From Eledone cirrhosa (Eukaryota), in assembly GCA_964016885.1 (NCBI GenBank), contig OZ024741.1, positions 347,076,001-347,140,000 on the forward strand: a stretch of 64,000 nt of DNA. The letters are read 5' to 3'. A program made the translations under genes and the position numbers. Shown here piece by piece: positions 13,850 to 27,072 of this stretch (positions are counted from its first letter, which is position 1; each line of letters opens with the position of its first letter). The notes under the pieces are model-generated. The model was not told where the DNA came from, ran no database searches, and saw nothing but the letters and a program-made list of their open reading frames with translations.

Positions 13850-15102
13850 AGATCGATATATTTGATATGCCGCTGGTAGGAAAATACACATTCTAATGCC
13901 TGTGCGCCCAGCATACATATGAGTTCCTTGAAGGGTTTGCCAGCCGTCGCGTTTGTTAGAAAAAGCTATCACCGAAAAAAGACAAAAAGAGCGAAGAACC
14001 GTGTGCAACAAAAACCCAGTAGACAGTTGAAGGAACACAAGGAGCTCTGAGGGTGCGGTGGGGTATACATTTAGTTGACGGCCATCTATAGACAACAACA
14101 GCAACGACAACAACAACTACAACAACAACGACATTTACAACAACAACGACAATAACATCAAACCGCCGACCGAAAGTTATCCACACTGGTCGCAATAGTC
14201 GTGCTGATACCATCACCCAATTGCAACAACAAGTAAAATAACAGCTACAGTAAAAAACACTTACAACGACAACAGCAACAAACAACAACAACAGCAAAAA
14301 CACAGACCAGCGTCGTGTATACAGGTCCTAGTTTTCGCAGTGACGGTACCACCCTGTTGACCGTAAACAGCGATAAGGCCAAAGCAATAAACAGGAGTTT
14401 AGAGGTAGGTGGTTACACAGAGTTGGTGATATCAATCACCATCACCATACACAGTAACAACAACAATGACAGCGACAACAAACACCAACACCACCCATCA
14501 CCTATCCCGTTCGTGGCAGTAGTGGTGGTATTCACTATGTCAGTATTAAGCCATTGGTAACACCAATAACAATAACAAAACCAGCGAAGACCGCACCACG
14601 GCGACGGCGACAACAGGAAAAAGCCACGCTTCCATGAAAATTAAACTAACCAGAATAGTAGTCCGTTGAAACAAGGGGGTGAAAATGGATACAAAACATA
14701 GATGGGTATTTATATATATAAAAACATTCCCATTTAATACAACCCTCCTCTCTCAGTGGAGGCACAAGGCAAGCAATGATCATAGCATTCAGTGACAACA
14801 ATACTATCAAAATGGCTGTTAGGAGGCCATGGAGGAGAGTTACGAGAAGCGAAAGTAGGAAGAGGAACAAATAGAAGAAACGAGAACACAATAATAAAGG
14901 AACGTGACAAAATACATAAAGAAACAGCAGTAGGTATATAAACAGAGGACTAGGGAATAAAGGAAAAGAAAACAAGTACACATATAGACTCCAGGTATGC
15001 AAACAAGATATTCAAGGATCACCCGACGCTGGGGTTGCCGCGAGGCTATGCCCACCTCCACGGACAAGATTGCAAAAGTGTTCAACTAGCACAACTACGT
15101 TG

Positions 15103-17640
15103 CTAGTCCGTACAGTTTGAGGAAGGTTCCAGAAATCTGTGGAGGCAGGTGCTGAAGAAGTTACTCCTTTTATTGGTAACTCGAGCTCCTCTCTTGTTTA
15201 TTTCCATAATCTCGGTGGCACACAAATCGCACGAGTCATGTCCACCCTCTCTGTAGGGTAGAGCCGATGCTACCTTGGACCACGACATGGTGAATTCTGC
15301 GTTATCCCGTTTGAGACGAGACACTAGTTCCGAGAGGGCGTGCTGCTGTGCCTCTTATCCGCTCTCCTAAAAGTGTGGCAGTGATTGTACTAGCGTTCCT
15401 TAAACTTATTAGCCGTAGCTCCGATATAGGTGAAGGCATGGTTGCTGGTATTCACCCTACATTCATATACTAAGCCACTGCCGAGGCACCTACCCTCCAG
15501 GGGGCAGCTACCGGGGTTCTACAATTACAACCCGGAGGGTGTTGCCGCGTGTATCACCAGAGCGCGTTGTGTGATTCCCCGGTCATTCACGCTCCAAGAC
15601 GGAAGAGGAAGAGGTATTTGCGCGGTGAGTCTTCTCACCGTTGCTGTCTCCCCTGGAGTTGCGGACGTTTTTTAATCTACTGCGGTTCAAGGCTTCTATG
15701 TTTTGTGCTAGGTTTCTAGTTGTGGGGTAGGACAATTTAACCGTGTGCCTGTTGAAGATGGCGTGGTACCAGTGTTGCTTATGGAAGTGCTTATCCAAAG
15801 CCCTGAAGAAAGAGGCCGCTATGTTGTTGCGTAAACCGGCGTAAAAGGGGGAGCGGGATTAAACCAAATGTCATTACGGGAACCGGTTTGCTTCTTGTTG
15901 TAGTCCCCAATCCCTGCACCCGTTCCGTCGGAGTATGTGTTATCTATACGCTGTGGACGTCTGGGAATAGCCATGCACCCCAATTCGTCGCTGCCCGCTG
16001 GGTTGGTTACGTCGATCGGAGCACCCCTAGCTGAATGGTCCCCGCTCATAGCAAGGGAGGCTGTTAGTACCTTCCATGTTCACTTCCGGGCCCACACATG
16101 TGCCCCACGGCTCCACCGCGTCCGCTTCACTGCTTTCCAGAGTAGGCGAGGTCAGGTCCCTTCCTGATAATCCATGGTTAGCAGTTCCTCCAGGATTACT
16201 CAGTGGTGTTGTATCAGGGATGAGTAATGAAGTCCTAGTCGTGTTGGTCCCGTCGTTGATTCCAACTGAAATGTTACCGTCAGCGGTACCGTAGTTCATT
16301 AGACTAGGTATAGACTTAATCCCTTCCTTGTACCCAGCATTACTAAGGGCATTATTATAGTAGCTAGCTACGCTATTGAAAGTGTCCTGGTTAGCTGACA
16401 GAGAAGAAATCCTACGGGATACGCTATTAACAATGACCTTCCTGACTGAGTCGGGGTGGTTGGAGTTGGCATTCACGTACTTGAGGTAATCGTTCGGCTT
16501 GTGGTACGGGTTGTAGAGGCCAGACTCTAGATTGAGGGTAACATCTAGGAAGTTGACTACCTTTCTATTATTTTCTATGTCTATGCTGAGGCCTAGATTT
16601 TTTAAAAAATTTAAACAAGTCCTTTCTAGTCCTATTTATCATGCTGTTGCTGTGGTCGAGTAGAGTAAACAACGCATCGTGGCGGTATATTCCACCGCCT
16701 AACGAAGGGATCTCGCTTTTCAGGTCACTGAGGATGTAGACGCACATCAGGTCAGTAACCTGCTCCGAGTCGCTCGATCCCGTCGTGATGTCAAAATTGT
16801 CCGGCCACTCTCTCCTAGTCCAGAGCTCACCGTCGAAACCTATCAGTGTCCTCCTGGCAGTATGGATGATGTTAATTTCATCCCTGGCTAAATCAGTATG
16901 CTTGCGTGCAAACATAAGTGCCTTATTAAGCACGACCAGCGATATGGATGCGTAATAGTTACATATATCAAGCTGTATATAATGTGTCCCACCTTTTCAC
17001 TGCAGGCCGTTAAACCACTCAGTCACTTCCACCGTTCTGGACCATTGCTGTAATTGGATCTTTTTTCTAAGGGTTGGTAAGATTCTGTCCAGTATTTTCT
17101 TGCTAATACACCCGATGTCAGACTTTGATGGTACTATAAGTCTGACTGGGAGTTCTGTTCGGAAGTTCAGTTTGTGATCCTTCAGCAAGATACTGGATTC
17201 TTTGTGTTGGTAAGGCCCGGTCCTATCCCTAAGACTGAGTTTATTCACTATTCTATTAATCCGCTCGCTAATGTCGTCAAGGTTAGCCTGTGTAGTTTTT
17301 CTGTAATTTTTTCTAAGTTCCTTAAGTATTAGTTTTCTATATGTTGCCACATCCAAGTTGTAGAGGTTACCCGTTTTATCCGTTGAACGAGAATTCCGTC
17401 TGAGCGTTTTAGTGCAGAGATCCTATTCGCCAGTTTCTTGAGGTGAAGCTGCTCCTTAGATGGGAACCTGTAGAATTTGACGCCTGTAATAATATTGGCC
17501 ATCTCTTTCTCAAAGCCCTCCATAAGTTTGTTTTGCGGTGGTTTTTTTCTAGATTTAAAACCGAACGTAGAGTCCGGGCTGCCAGTGTTCACATCATTCG
17601 TAGGGATTTTCCTATCGTAGTCGAAGGCCTTCCATCGCGA
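15103..17640 (-). pseudogene. Multiply frameshifted Naiad-type RT-GIY-YIG ORF, 5'-truncated
   Basis: ORF pieces 17329-17592, 16997-17356, 16568-16933, 16027-16476, 15583-15798 and 15103-15324 are collinear with the protein at 55002-57685. Confidence 0.88.
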
Positions 17641-18059
17641 CGACTACGACCTGTATACACGCCGCTGGTCTGTGTTTTTCCCTGTTGCCGTTTTAATTGT
17701 TTTTACTGTAGTTGTTGTTTTAGTTGTTGTTGTCAATATGGTGATGGTATCAGCAAGAGTATTGCGACCAGTGTGGATAACTTTCGGTCGGCGGTTTGAT
17801 GTTATTGTCGTTGTAGTTGTCGTTGTAGTTGTTGTTGTTGTCTATAGGTGGTCGTCAACTAAATGTATACCCCTCCCCATCCCTCAGAGCTCCTTGTGCT
17901 CCTTCATCTGTCTTTTCTTCTTTTCTTCTTTTTTCTGTGATAACTTTTTCTAACAAACGCGACGGCTGGCAAACCCTTCAAGGAACTCATATATATGCTG
18001 GGGGCACAGGCATTAGGATGTGTGTTTTCCTACCAGCGGCATATCAAATATATCGATCT

Positions 18060-18147
18060 TCATCTGAGGAAACCGTTCTCATAATCAACAGCAAATGCAT
18101 GAAGGATATCTCGATTGCATGGAGAACCGTAGAAATAATTATTATGA
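18060..18147 (+). ncRNA. Type I hammerhead motif with extended stem II (inverted pLTR copy)
   Basis: tcat-CTGAGGA-aaccgttctc...gagaaccgta-GAAA-t-aatt-a-TT-atga. Confidence 0.65.
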
Positions 18148-18192
18148 TTAAACGATATACGTAACCTCAGCATCTTATTTTATTATATATAT

Positions 18193-18259
<67 letters not shown>

Positions 18260-20708
18260 TACTTGTGTGTGTGTGTGTGTCTATGTATGCATGTATATAC
18301 ACATACATGTGTGTGTATAAAATTCATACATATATTCATATATAACAATACAAAAATAAATGTCCGCATAAGTTTGTGTATCAATTAAGCGCTAGGATGT
18401 TATGAGGTTTCCTATTCTTTCTGTAAACATTTGTATATGTATAATCGCGTATCGTTCATAATTAATCTGTACAATCAGGCATATCGCATCAGCAAATTGT
18501 CACAATTCACATTCATTATGTGCATTAATGTCACCACAGCCTACCAAATTCATGCCATATTATTATTTCCTTGTACATGTGGAAATGGTTCACTGTGAAT
18601 GATAATTAGACACAAATATGTTCATTTAAATATTACGCGAGTATAATATAACACATACACTATCAACTTTGTGTGTTACATCTTGCTTATTATCTCTGGA
18701 AATTTAATACAATTGCAGAAGCAATATAGCGCACATTCCTAAAATAGAAACTGATTCAATTAACGCTTAATTAAATCGCCAGTACTACTAAAAACGTGTG
18801 TGAAGATATGCTATCAAAGATGCATAAATGCCAGATGCGTTTGGAAATAGCAGGATATGTAAATATGCTGGTAAATGTAGTATGTTGTTCGCATATTTCA
18901 ACATTAGCACTTGATATCACGAATAATATAACACCAACAGAATTACCATCAACAGTGTATTCAAGGAAGTGAGAATGGTGCCTCTAAATAGAGATTGAAC
19001 TTACTAGAAATGGCTGCAAAATTACTTTTACGTACGTTTTATGGAAAGAAAATATTCAATATTATGATCCCAGGTTTCTTGGTTCTGAATAAAACATTGG
19101 TAATCACGGCTGGAATGCTTCTGCTCTTAAGTCTTTTCAGTCGAACTAAAACTTGGACAAGGTTTTAAGAACGTCTACAACAAGAATATCTACATCCATA
19201 AATCATATTTGCTGTTTAATTTCTTTTTAGTTAATGAACATTCATGTCATGATTTTACACAGTAACCGTCAGTGGTGAAAGCTGGGATGAAAGAGAGGGT
19301 AGGCAGCAAACTAAGCGTTCCAGGTTTGTGTATGTATTAATGGACGTATCCCAGATTAAACATCTTGAAATAAGCGACAATTTTTCCCTAGCCTGGAATA
19401 AGCAAGGATTGATAACGTTAGATACTTCACTCCCACGGAAAATGAATTCATCGAAATTTTCAAAAATTCCTTTCAATTAACTGCACTTCTCTAATTGTTT
19501 CATATATGAGCAAGATTTACTGATGTCTATTATGAAAGTCAGGTTGATTCAAACGAACGTTTGTCACCAGATTGGTCGAGTATCCAAATGTTATTATCTG
19601 CGTAGCGTATTGCGGAATGTTTATTTATAATTAGAAACAATAGTTGAATATAGTTATAAAAGCAGCATATTAACTGGAAATCCGCTGTGTATTCTGAGAC
19701 AAAGATTATGCTGCTGATTTTATATTAGGATTATGTTTCAATTCATGTTTCGACGCTTCTTACTTATTTAAAATGTATCTTTGTTCATCTGTCTTAGTAC
19801 TTGTTCTGATTTTAGAAATGTACAATCAAGGAAGAAGAACATCACCGCATCTCTGTACACCATTTCTAATGCGACACTTATAATTATAATCGAATTTGTT
19901 GCCAACATAAATTTCTGAGAGAAAGAACTAAACAAAATAGCGAAGTCAGTAAAACTATTTGTAAATTGGAAAGATATAATACTATCAATAGAGGAGAGTC
20001 TCGCATTACTTCAATAATGTAATTAAAATGAAAAGAATTTTGACAATTAAAAAAAAAGATCTCGCTTTATTAAATAGAATCTTTTTGGAAATATCTCCAA
20101 ACATAGATGACAATACATAGGGTAACCAGAAAGAATACGTAGATACGTGTGAAAGCAGTCTTGTTTGTAACAACAACAAAAGAAAGAAAATTAATCCATT
20201 TTGATATTTGCTACAAAAATTTAATTATGTATGACGATCTGAATCTTAACACCTCAAAGGCAATCTAATGAAACGTTCATATTCTAGTGATCGTGAATAA
20301 CCTGTGCATTGATTACTGTTTCCATACACACATACATGCATACATACATATATGCATACACACATACATACATACATACATAAATGTATACATACATACA
20401 TACATACATACATACATACATACATACATACATACATACATACATACATACAAATTCTAATTATCTTATTTCACCCATGGATTATTAATAAATTGAATTT
20501 TCTCGAGCAGTTACCTCACGAAGAAAGCGAATCGGTATAATTTTATGTGTGCTTGATCTTATCATATATGGAAATATTTTGTAGTATATTAAATTAATTC
20601 ATCGCGTCTTTATTCATCCATTGATTTATTTTTGTTTTTTCACATCATTCATTTCTAAATTTCACAAAATATTTCAGTGAGTCTCTAGCCAGATGTAAAC
20701 ATTTTCAG

Positions 20709-20765
20709 ATATTGCATACATCTTATATCTGTCCTGAGGAAATGATTGAATCTGAGAAGAATAAA
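20709..20765 (+). other. Candidate 57-nt host exon
   Basis: ttttcag acceptor and gtaagt donor. Open in phase 0 as ILHTSYICPEEMIESEKNK. No recognisable homology. Confidence 0.2.
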
Positions 20766-20992
20766 GTAAGTATTTACTGAGAGACATCACAGAAAGGAAA
20801 TCTTTAGATCTGTATACACAATGTTTCTACTATAGAGCAGCGTATCATACTTATATATTGCGGTGACATTTAGTTCATTGGTAATAAAATATAGGATATG
20901 TATAACATATTGCCTAAAATATAATATCGTCCACTTCGCTATGAATGACAGGAGAAAATATCGAATACACTGATGCTAAAATAGTTGCCAAC

Positions 20993-21036
<44 letters not shown>

Positions 21037-21854
21037 TAAATCATGTCCCTAGAATTATTAGATAAAATATATACTATTTCCTCTCCCAATTAGCATAATT
21101 AACCATATACAAAATCAATTAGACCAGGCTATAAGAATAAAGGCTCCTATGAAGAAATATTTGATAAATAACCGAAAGCAGCCTCTCGGGGTTGACCACA
21201 ATCGAGTATTTACCCTACATTTCTATAGCATGTAGAAACTGACCAAATATACCGTCAACCATACACAATTAGGTATAAATTTAAAGTTAGAAGAAATGGG
21301 TACATACCGTAATTTTATCCCTACCATGGTTTCGTTCGTATTTTGAGATATCCTATTAAGGATAAATCTCGAGTATCGAACAGGAGACACACTCAATAGG
21401 ACAGTTAATTTTCCAAAGCGATCCCGCCAGAAATAGATTAAAAAAATGGCTAAGTATCGTGACGTGGCAGTGGTCAAGTTAGAAAGAATATTTCTAGGGA
21501 CATGATTTATGATATATTGCTCTGATTATTTAATTTATTAATTCTTCATTGAGCCTACTCGTGAAAGGTTGCCACATATATATCTCTGACTTTATGTATA
21601 TGTAAATATTTATATATATATATATATATATTACAATAAGATATAGGTAAAATATTATTGGTGAAACGTAATTTTGGGCAATATATCAATACATAAATGT
21701 ATGCAAATGCCCACCTGTAATTTAAAATTCCAATATTAAATTATCGATGGAGAAAGCAGAAAGGAACGAGTAAATTTGAAGGATAATAAACTTTTATTAA
21801 TTCGCAGCCAATTACACGTCTACCTTTCTATCTATATTATTCTTTCTTCCTTTA

Positions 21855-21884
21855 TCTATCTATCTATCTCTCTATCTATCTATA

Positions 21885-21927
<43 letters not shown>

Positions 21928-21951
21928 ATATCTATCTATCTATCTATCTAT
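21855..21951. repeat. (TATC)n microsatellite, left flank of the LINE
   Basis: Direct inspection. It continues as tatctatctatc at 24781-24795. Confidence 0.9.
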
Positions 21952-24780
21952 CATTGTAAACAACAGATGGTGGTACTCTCTCAAGAGGGTAGTTAGATTA
22001 GACTCGATGGGTTTTAGTAAAGAATTAGTGTTAGATAGAACTAAAACAGAAAATGAACTGGTAGATAAAGTATAAGAGGCACTTAGGAGTGGCAACGTAG
22101 CCAGTGAGATAGCGACGTGAACGGCCTTGGACCAGTTCTGCGACGCAAAGCATGAATGCTGCGTTGTCAGAAGCAAAATACGTGCTCTGGGAAACGAGGG
22201 AGCCAACGCTGTTAGCTGGGCCCGAGTGACGGAGGCGAAAAGTGGCAACATGTCCACGATTCGGTCTTTGAAAGACCAAGACAAACACGTGATACACGTG
22301 AGCCGAAGCAGATGTGCGCGGCCTTTCAGCGGCACTTCGCTCAGCTGTTCGTGCCGGGCGGGTCGCTGGGAGGGGCTAAGGATTTAGGTCCATACCTCTA
22401 CGGCCTACCGCGACTCTCGGACAGCGAGCCAAGTTTTGCAAAAGGCCAATTTCGTCCACTGAGATAGGGGATGCGCTGAGCCAATGCAGCAAAGGCAAAT
22501 CTCCAGGACTCGACGGTCTACCCTACGAATTTTACGTAGCAATGTCGGACTTGTTCTCCAGTCCCCTGGAAGTTTTCTACTGCAACTGGCAGCAGAACGG
22601 GAAAATTCCCAGTTCTGTGACCAAGGGCGTAGTCACTTCAGTCAGGAGGGACGAGAATCAGGGGATGACATAGGCAACTTCGGGCCCATAACTCTGCTAA
22701 ACACAGAGTTACAGATTTTGGCCAAGGCTTTGGCAAAGAGGCTGGCGCTAGTCGTCGACAACCTGATGGGAGAAGCGCAGACATGATCAATCCCGACCAT
22801 GTCCATACATGACAACCACCACCTCATGCGATACATCATAGAGAGGGTAGGGTGTAAACCCGGCTTCGGTGGGGCCCTGATCAACTTGGATCAGTCTAAG
22901 GCTTTCGATAGGGTTGACCATCGTTACCTGGATGCGGTGCTCGAGGCGGCAGGCTTCGGACCCGTGTTCAGGGGCTGGATTGCTGCAATGCACAGCAGCA
23001 ACATCCGCTCAAGGGTCAAGGTGAACGGCTACCTCACGGAGCCGTTCCATATCACGCGATCCATCTAACAGGGATGCCCTCTCTCCTCCCTTCTGTACGT
23101 ACTGACTCTCGAGCCACAACTGCGGAAGTTGGAGCTATTGCAGGGCATCCCTTTCGAACCGGGACTGCGAAAAGCGGCGTCGGCCTACACCGATGACGTG
23201 ACAGTTATGGTGTCGTGCACCTCGAAAATCGGGGAGGTCGGCACCATAGTGGAGGAATACGAAAAGTTCACAGGAGCGAAGCTGAACCGGCACAAATTCG
23301 TCGGTTTGCAACTCGGAACGTGGAGAGGGAAACCGATGTCCTCCGATGGTGTCATCAGACGCTGGACGGTAAGACCGGTAGAGCTGCTCGGGGTCTGGTT
23401 TGGTCCGGACCTCCAGGTGGAGAAGAACTGGAACGAGGTGACGGCCAAGATGTTTGCGCTCACCCAGAAGTGGGCCGAGTGCAAACTATCCTTGAAAGGT
23501 CGAGCGGAGGTGGCGAACACTTTTATAGCCTCCGTCATCTACTACTGCTTGGCCGTCGTGCCTTGTCCAGCCAAAACGCACTCCAAAATGGAGCGCGCGC
23601 TCTTCCAGTTCATTTGGAAGAAACGGGCTGAGAAAATCTATCTGCTGCCAACACCCTTCAAACGGAGGGCTGGGGATGACGTGGCTGACGTTGCGCAAAC
23701 ACGCGCTCAGGTTGCGGCAACCCACGTATTCTGCACCGGACAACCGGTGTGGGCCCCGTTCGTGAGGCGAGCCTTCCCACGACTCGTCTCGCTGACCGAG
23801 GTGCAGTCCTACGTCAAGCAAATACCGAGGAAAATGGGCGACTAGCACATCGAATGTGCTCAGGCGTTCACAGTCCTCTGCCAAACGGACCCGGCGATCA
23901 GTAGAGACTCCACTCGACATTCTATAGAGGGTTGGTCCGCAGAAAGTGCTACGACGCGCTCGGAGAAACTCTAGGCGTAGAGGAGGACGAACTGGCGGTA
24001 GGACCTTCCGCCCGGGACCAATGGACAACTTCCAAAAGTCCCTGGCCTGGCAGTGCTACCGAGGAGCTCTACCAATTCGAGACAAGCTCTACAGACACGG
24101 GCTCCCGGGCAGGGACCTTTCGAAAAAACCTGTGCGAGATGCGTGCGCGACGAGGAAACCGTCGCGCACGCATTTGTACACTGGGCGTTACCAACCTGTG
24201 GGGCTATGTAGAACGACTATTGTCGCGGGTGGAACCAATCCAGTTGACCACCGAGTCCATTGTTATTATCAAACCGCCACCCCCCCCCCCTTCAAAAACG
24301 AGGGATAGGCGGTTTTCCTATGTGTTATGGCTATGGTGAAAGAGCTTATATGGTGGACGAGATTAAAAGGGCTGAGGTCAGACACTTTCTCTCCGGCGAG
24401 CAGCTGATTCGTTTTTTCAAATATAATTTTGGAAGAAGAATCAGGATGGAGAGAGTGGTACTGTACCCCTGCAAAGTTTATAAAAGGTGGGTGAATGTGG
24501 CAAAGATGGCCCGGGTGGTTGGGCCTTCTCTCTATATAAACCTCTAGGTTGAGGAAAAAGAGGAAGTGAGGAAGGGAGTACTCACTCTTGGTGCTCCTGG
24601 AGATGAGGGTTGTGCATTGTTTCAGGGTGTGTACAACCCCTGTGTAACGCCTCCCCCTTATTGGGGATTTCAATTCTTATTTGTTATTTTATTAATAGTT
24701 TTATTTTCATATACCTGTATATAAACTCCCCATTTGTATTTGTTACATTCTTTTGTGCCCTTGTGGCTAGTCATTTTTTT
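21952..24780 (+). mobile_element. 5'-truncated, decayed L1/Tx1-clade non-LTR retrotransposon (ORF2 RT and C-terminal Zn-binding region)
   Basis: Motifs KSPGLDGLPYEFY, NFGPITLLNTELQILAKALAKRL, LDQSKAFDRVDHRYL, QGCPLS, AYTDDV, LLGVWFG, LSLKGRAEVAN, LAWQCYRGALPIRDKL. Many stops and frameshifts. Confidence 0.88.
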
Positions 24781-24974
24781 TATCTATCTATCTATCTCTT
24801 CATAGATATAATCCTGATGATTTCACACGAACGTAATGATCTCTAGTCATATAAGTCAGTTCTATATAAATAAAATATGCTTTATTTTTAATAATATATT
24901 AGGTAACATATTTAACTGTTGCCTATTTGCGATCCCCTTCGGAAACCCATGCCTATAAAAACACACACACATAC

Positions 24975-25157
<183 letters not shown>

Positions 25158-25191
25158 ATATATATATATACATACACATGTATATATATAT

Positions 25192-25430
25192 CACCTTGAC
25201 CTTGACCGACCAGTCTGTCGGGCGCCAGTCGGCGCCGCTGGTCACAGCCCGTCGTGCTGTTTTAGCCATAAGATAACGCCATCCCACTGGCTGGGCGAGC
25301 AGGCTGGTACTCATTTCTACAGCTGAGTAAACTGCAGCAATGTGAAATAAAGTGTCTTGCTCAAGGAAACAACACACCAGCCTTTCGATTGCAAGCCCAA
25401 TGAACTAACTACTAAGCCATGCGCCATCAC
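25192..25430 (-). mobile_element. CORE-type tRNA-derived SINE
   Basis: Minus strand begins gtgatggcgcatggcttagtagttag (A box) and contains the CORE-like ccttgagcaagacactttatttcacattgctgcagtttactcagctgtagaaatgagtac. Confidence 0.75.
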
Positions 25431-25944
25431 ATATATATATACATACATATATATATATCTTTAAAGCGTAGAAATATCCGAGACCCCCAGTAGACAACTG
25501 ATAAGGAATCCCCCTCCCCCCGTATTGCTTTCTTCTTATTCTTACTACATTTAAAGCTACCTTAAATAGTAACTACACAGCCTATCCTATTCTCCATATA
25601 TTATATCATGTTTTTGCTGTGAACAGTCTTCCCTCTCCTACCTACCTATTTCGTTACTACCTACTCTTACCCACTTTCTCCCTCTCCCTTTCTCCCTCTC
25701 ACTTTCACACATTCTCTCTCTGCTTGCCACCTCATTGTTTCCATCGCCTGACCTTCTAGTAGTCTTTTTCTCACTAACAACTCGCTGGGGTCAGACGTGT
25801 GTCTTTTATCTCTCGCACACACGCTCTTGAACTTAAGTTATCTCATCGCTGTGGTTTTGGATTTTCTTACCTTAAGTTGCTCGCACATTGCACGGTTTGT
25901 TATTTTTTTCAGCAATAATAATAATAATAATAATAATATGCACA

Positions 25945-26286
25945 AGGTAAGTATATACGTTCAACAATCTGTCAGGAAGGTATACGTTGCTGACGATAGC
26001 TAATAAGCTTGAAACTAGTACAGCGTTCCTTTGTCAGTGTTGAACAAACGAGCAACGATGGTTGCTGGACACTACGGCTTAATACAGGATGTTTGTTTAC
26101 AAACACACCGAGCATTATAATAAATGTTCAGTGAATCCATACGTACATATATATATGTGTGCATGTATGTATATATATATACATACTACTGTGCGTCTGT
26201 ATACATATATGTATGTACGTGTACATACTTATTTTTAAGTAACAGCCGTACTAAGAGTGGGAAATGAAATTTCGTTTCATTTTTCC

Positions 26287-26292
<6 letters not shown>
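25945..26292 (+). mobile_element. Diverged solo copy of the 466-bp HHR repeat family
   Basis: Aligns by eye with the reverse complement of the array unit (cgttcaac.atctg.cag, HHR, ttcct.tgtcagtgttgaacaaa, gtttgtttacaaac, actaagagtg.gaaatgaaatttcgttt). Ends in (TA)n. Confidence 0.82.
25984..26026 (+). ncRNA. Type I hammerhead ribozyme (canonical core)
   Basis: acgttg-CTGACGA-t-agct-aata-agct-t-GAAA-c-ta-g-TA-cagcgt. Confidence 0.88.
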
Positions 26293-26333
<41 letters not shown>

Positions 26334-26420
26334 CACACACACATATATATATGTATGTATATATGTACATATATATATATATTTATATATATATATATAC
26401 TGTATATATATATATATTTA

Positions 26421-26498
<78 letters not shown>

Positions 26499-26522
26499 TG
26501 TGTAGATATATATATACATATA

Positions 26523-26575
<53 letters not shown>

Positions 26576-26898
26576 AATATAAATATATGTAAAGTTAATC
26601 AGTATTAATACTTGAAATACTTATGCATAAGTGATGATACAAGTATCCTAACACAAAATAATTTAGAAATTACGCGCAATTTGTAAAATATTTAATGCAA
26701 CGATGCGTTTATATATCGAAGTGTAAAAAGTACTTAAAATCCATTACGTGAAAAATCACTTGATTATTGATACTATGACCTAGTTTCTCACTATAAATAA
26801 CATTACTAGACACAAAACACATATGAATATTGCTTTCTCGTACGTATCCCTCCTTTATCCACCCCATACACACATGAACCTCGCATATATATATATAC

Positions 26899-26952
<54 letters not shown>

Positions 26953-26995
26953 ATATATACATATCCACCCCATACACACATGAACCTCGCATATA

Positions 26996-27072
<77 letters not shown>

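Noticed and set aside
13724-18185. DNA transposon with ~550-bp terminal inverted repeats
   Set aside because: The interior encodes RT and GIY-YIG, and the 'TIRs' are HHR-containing pLTR copies, so this is a PLE with an inverted end.
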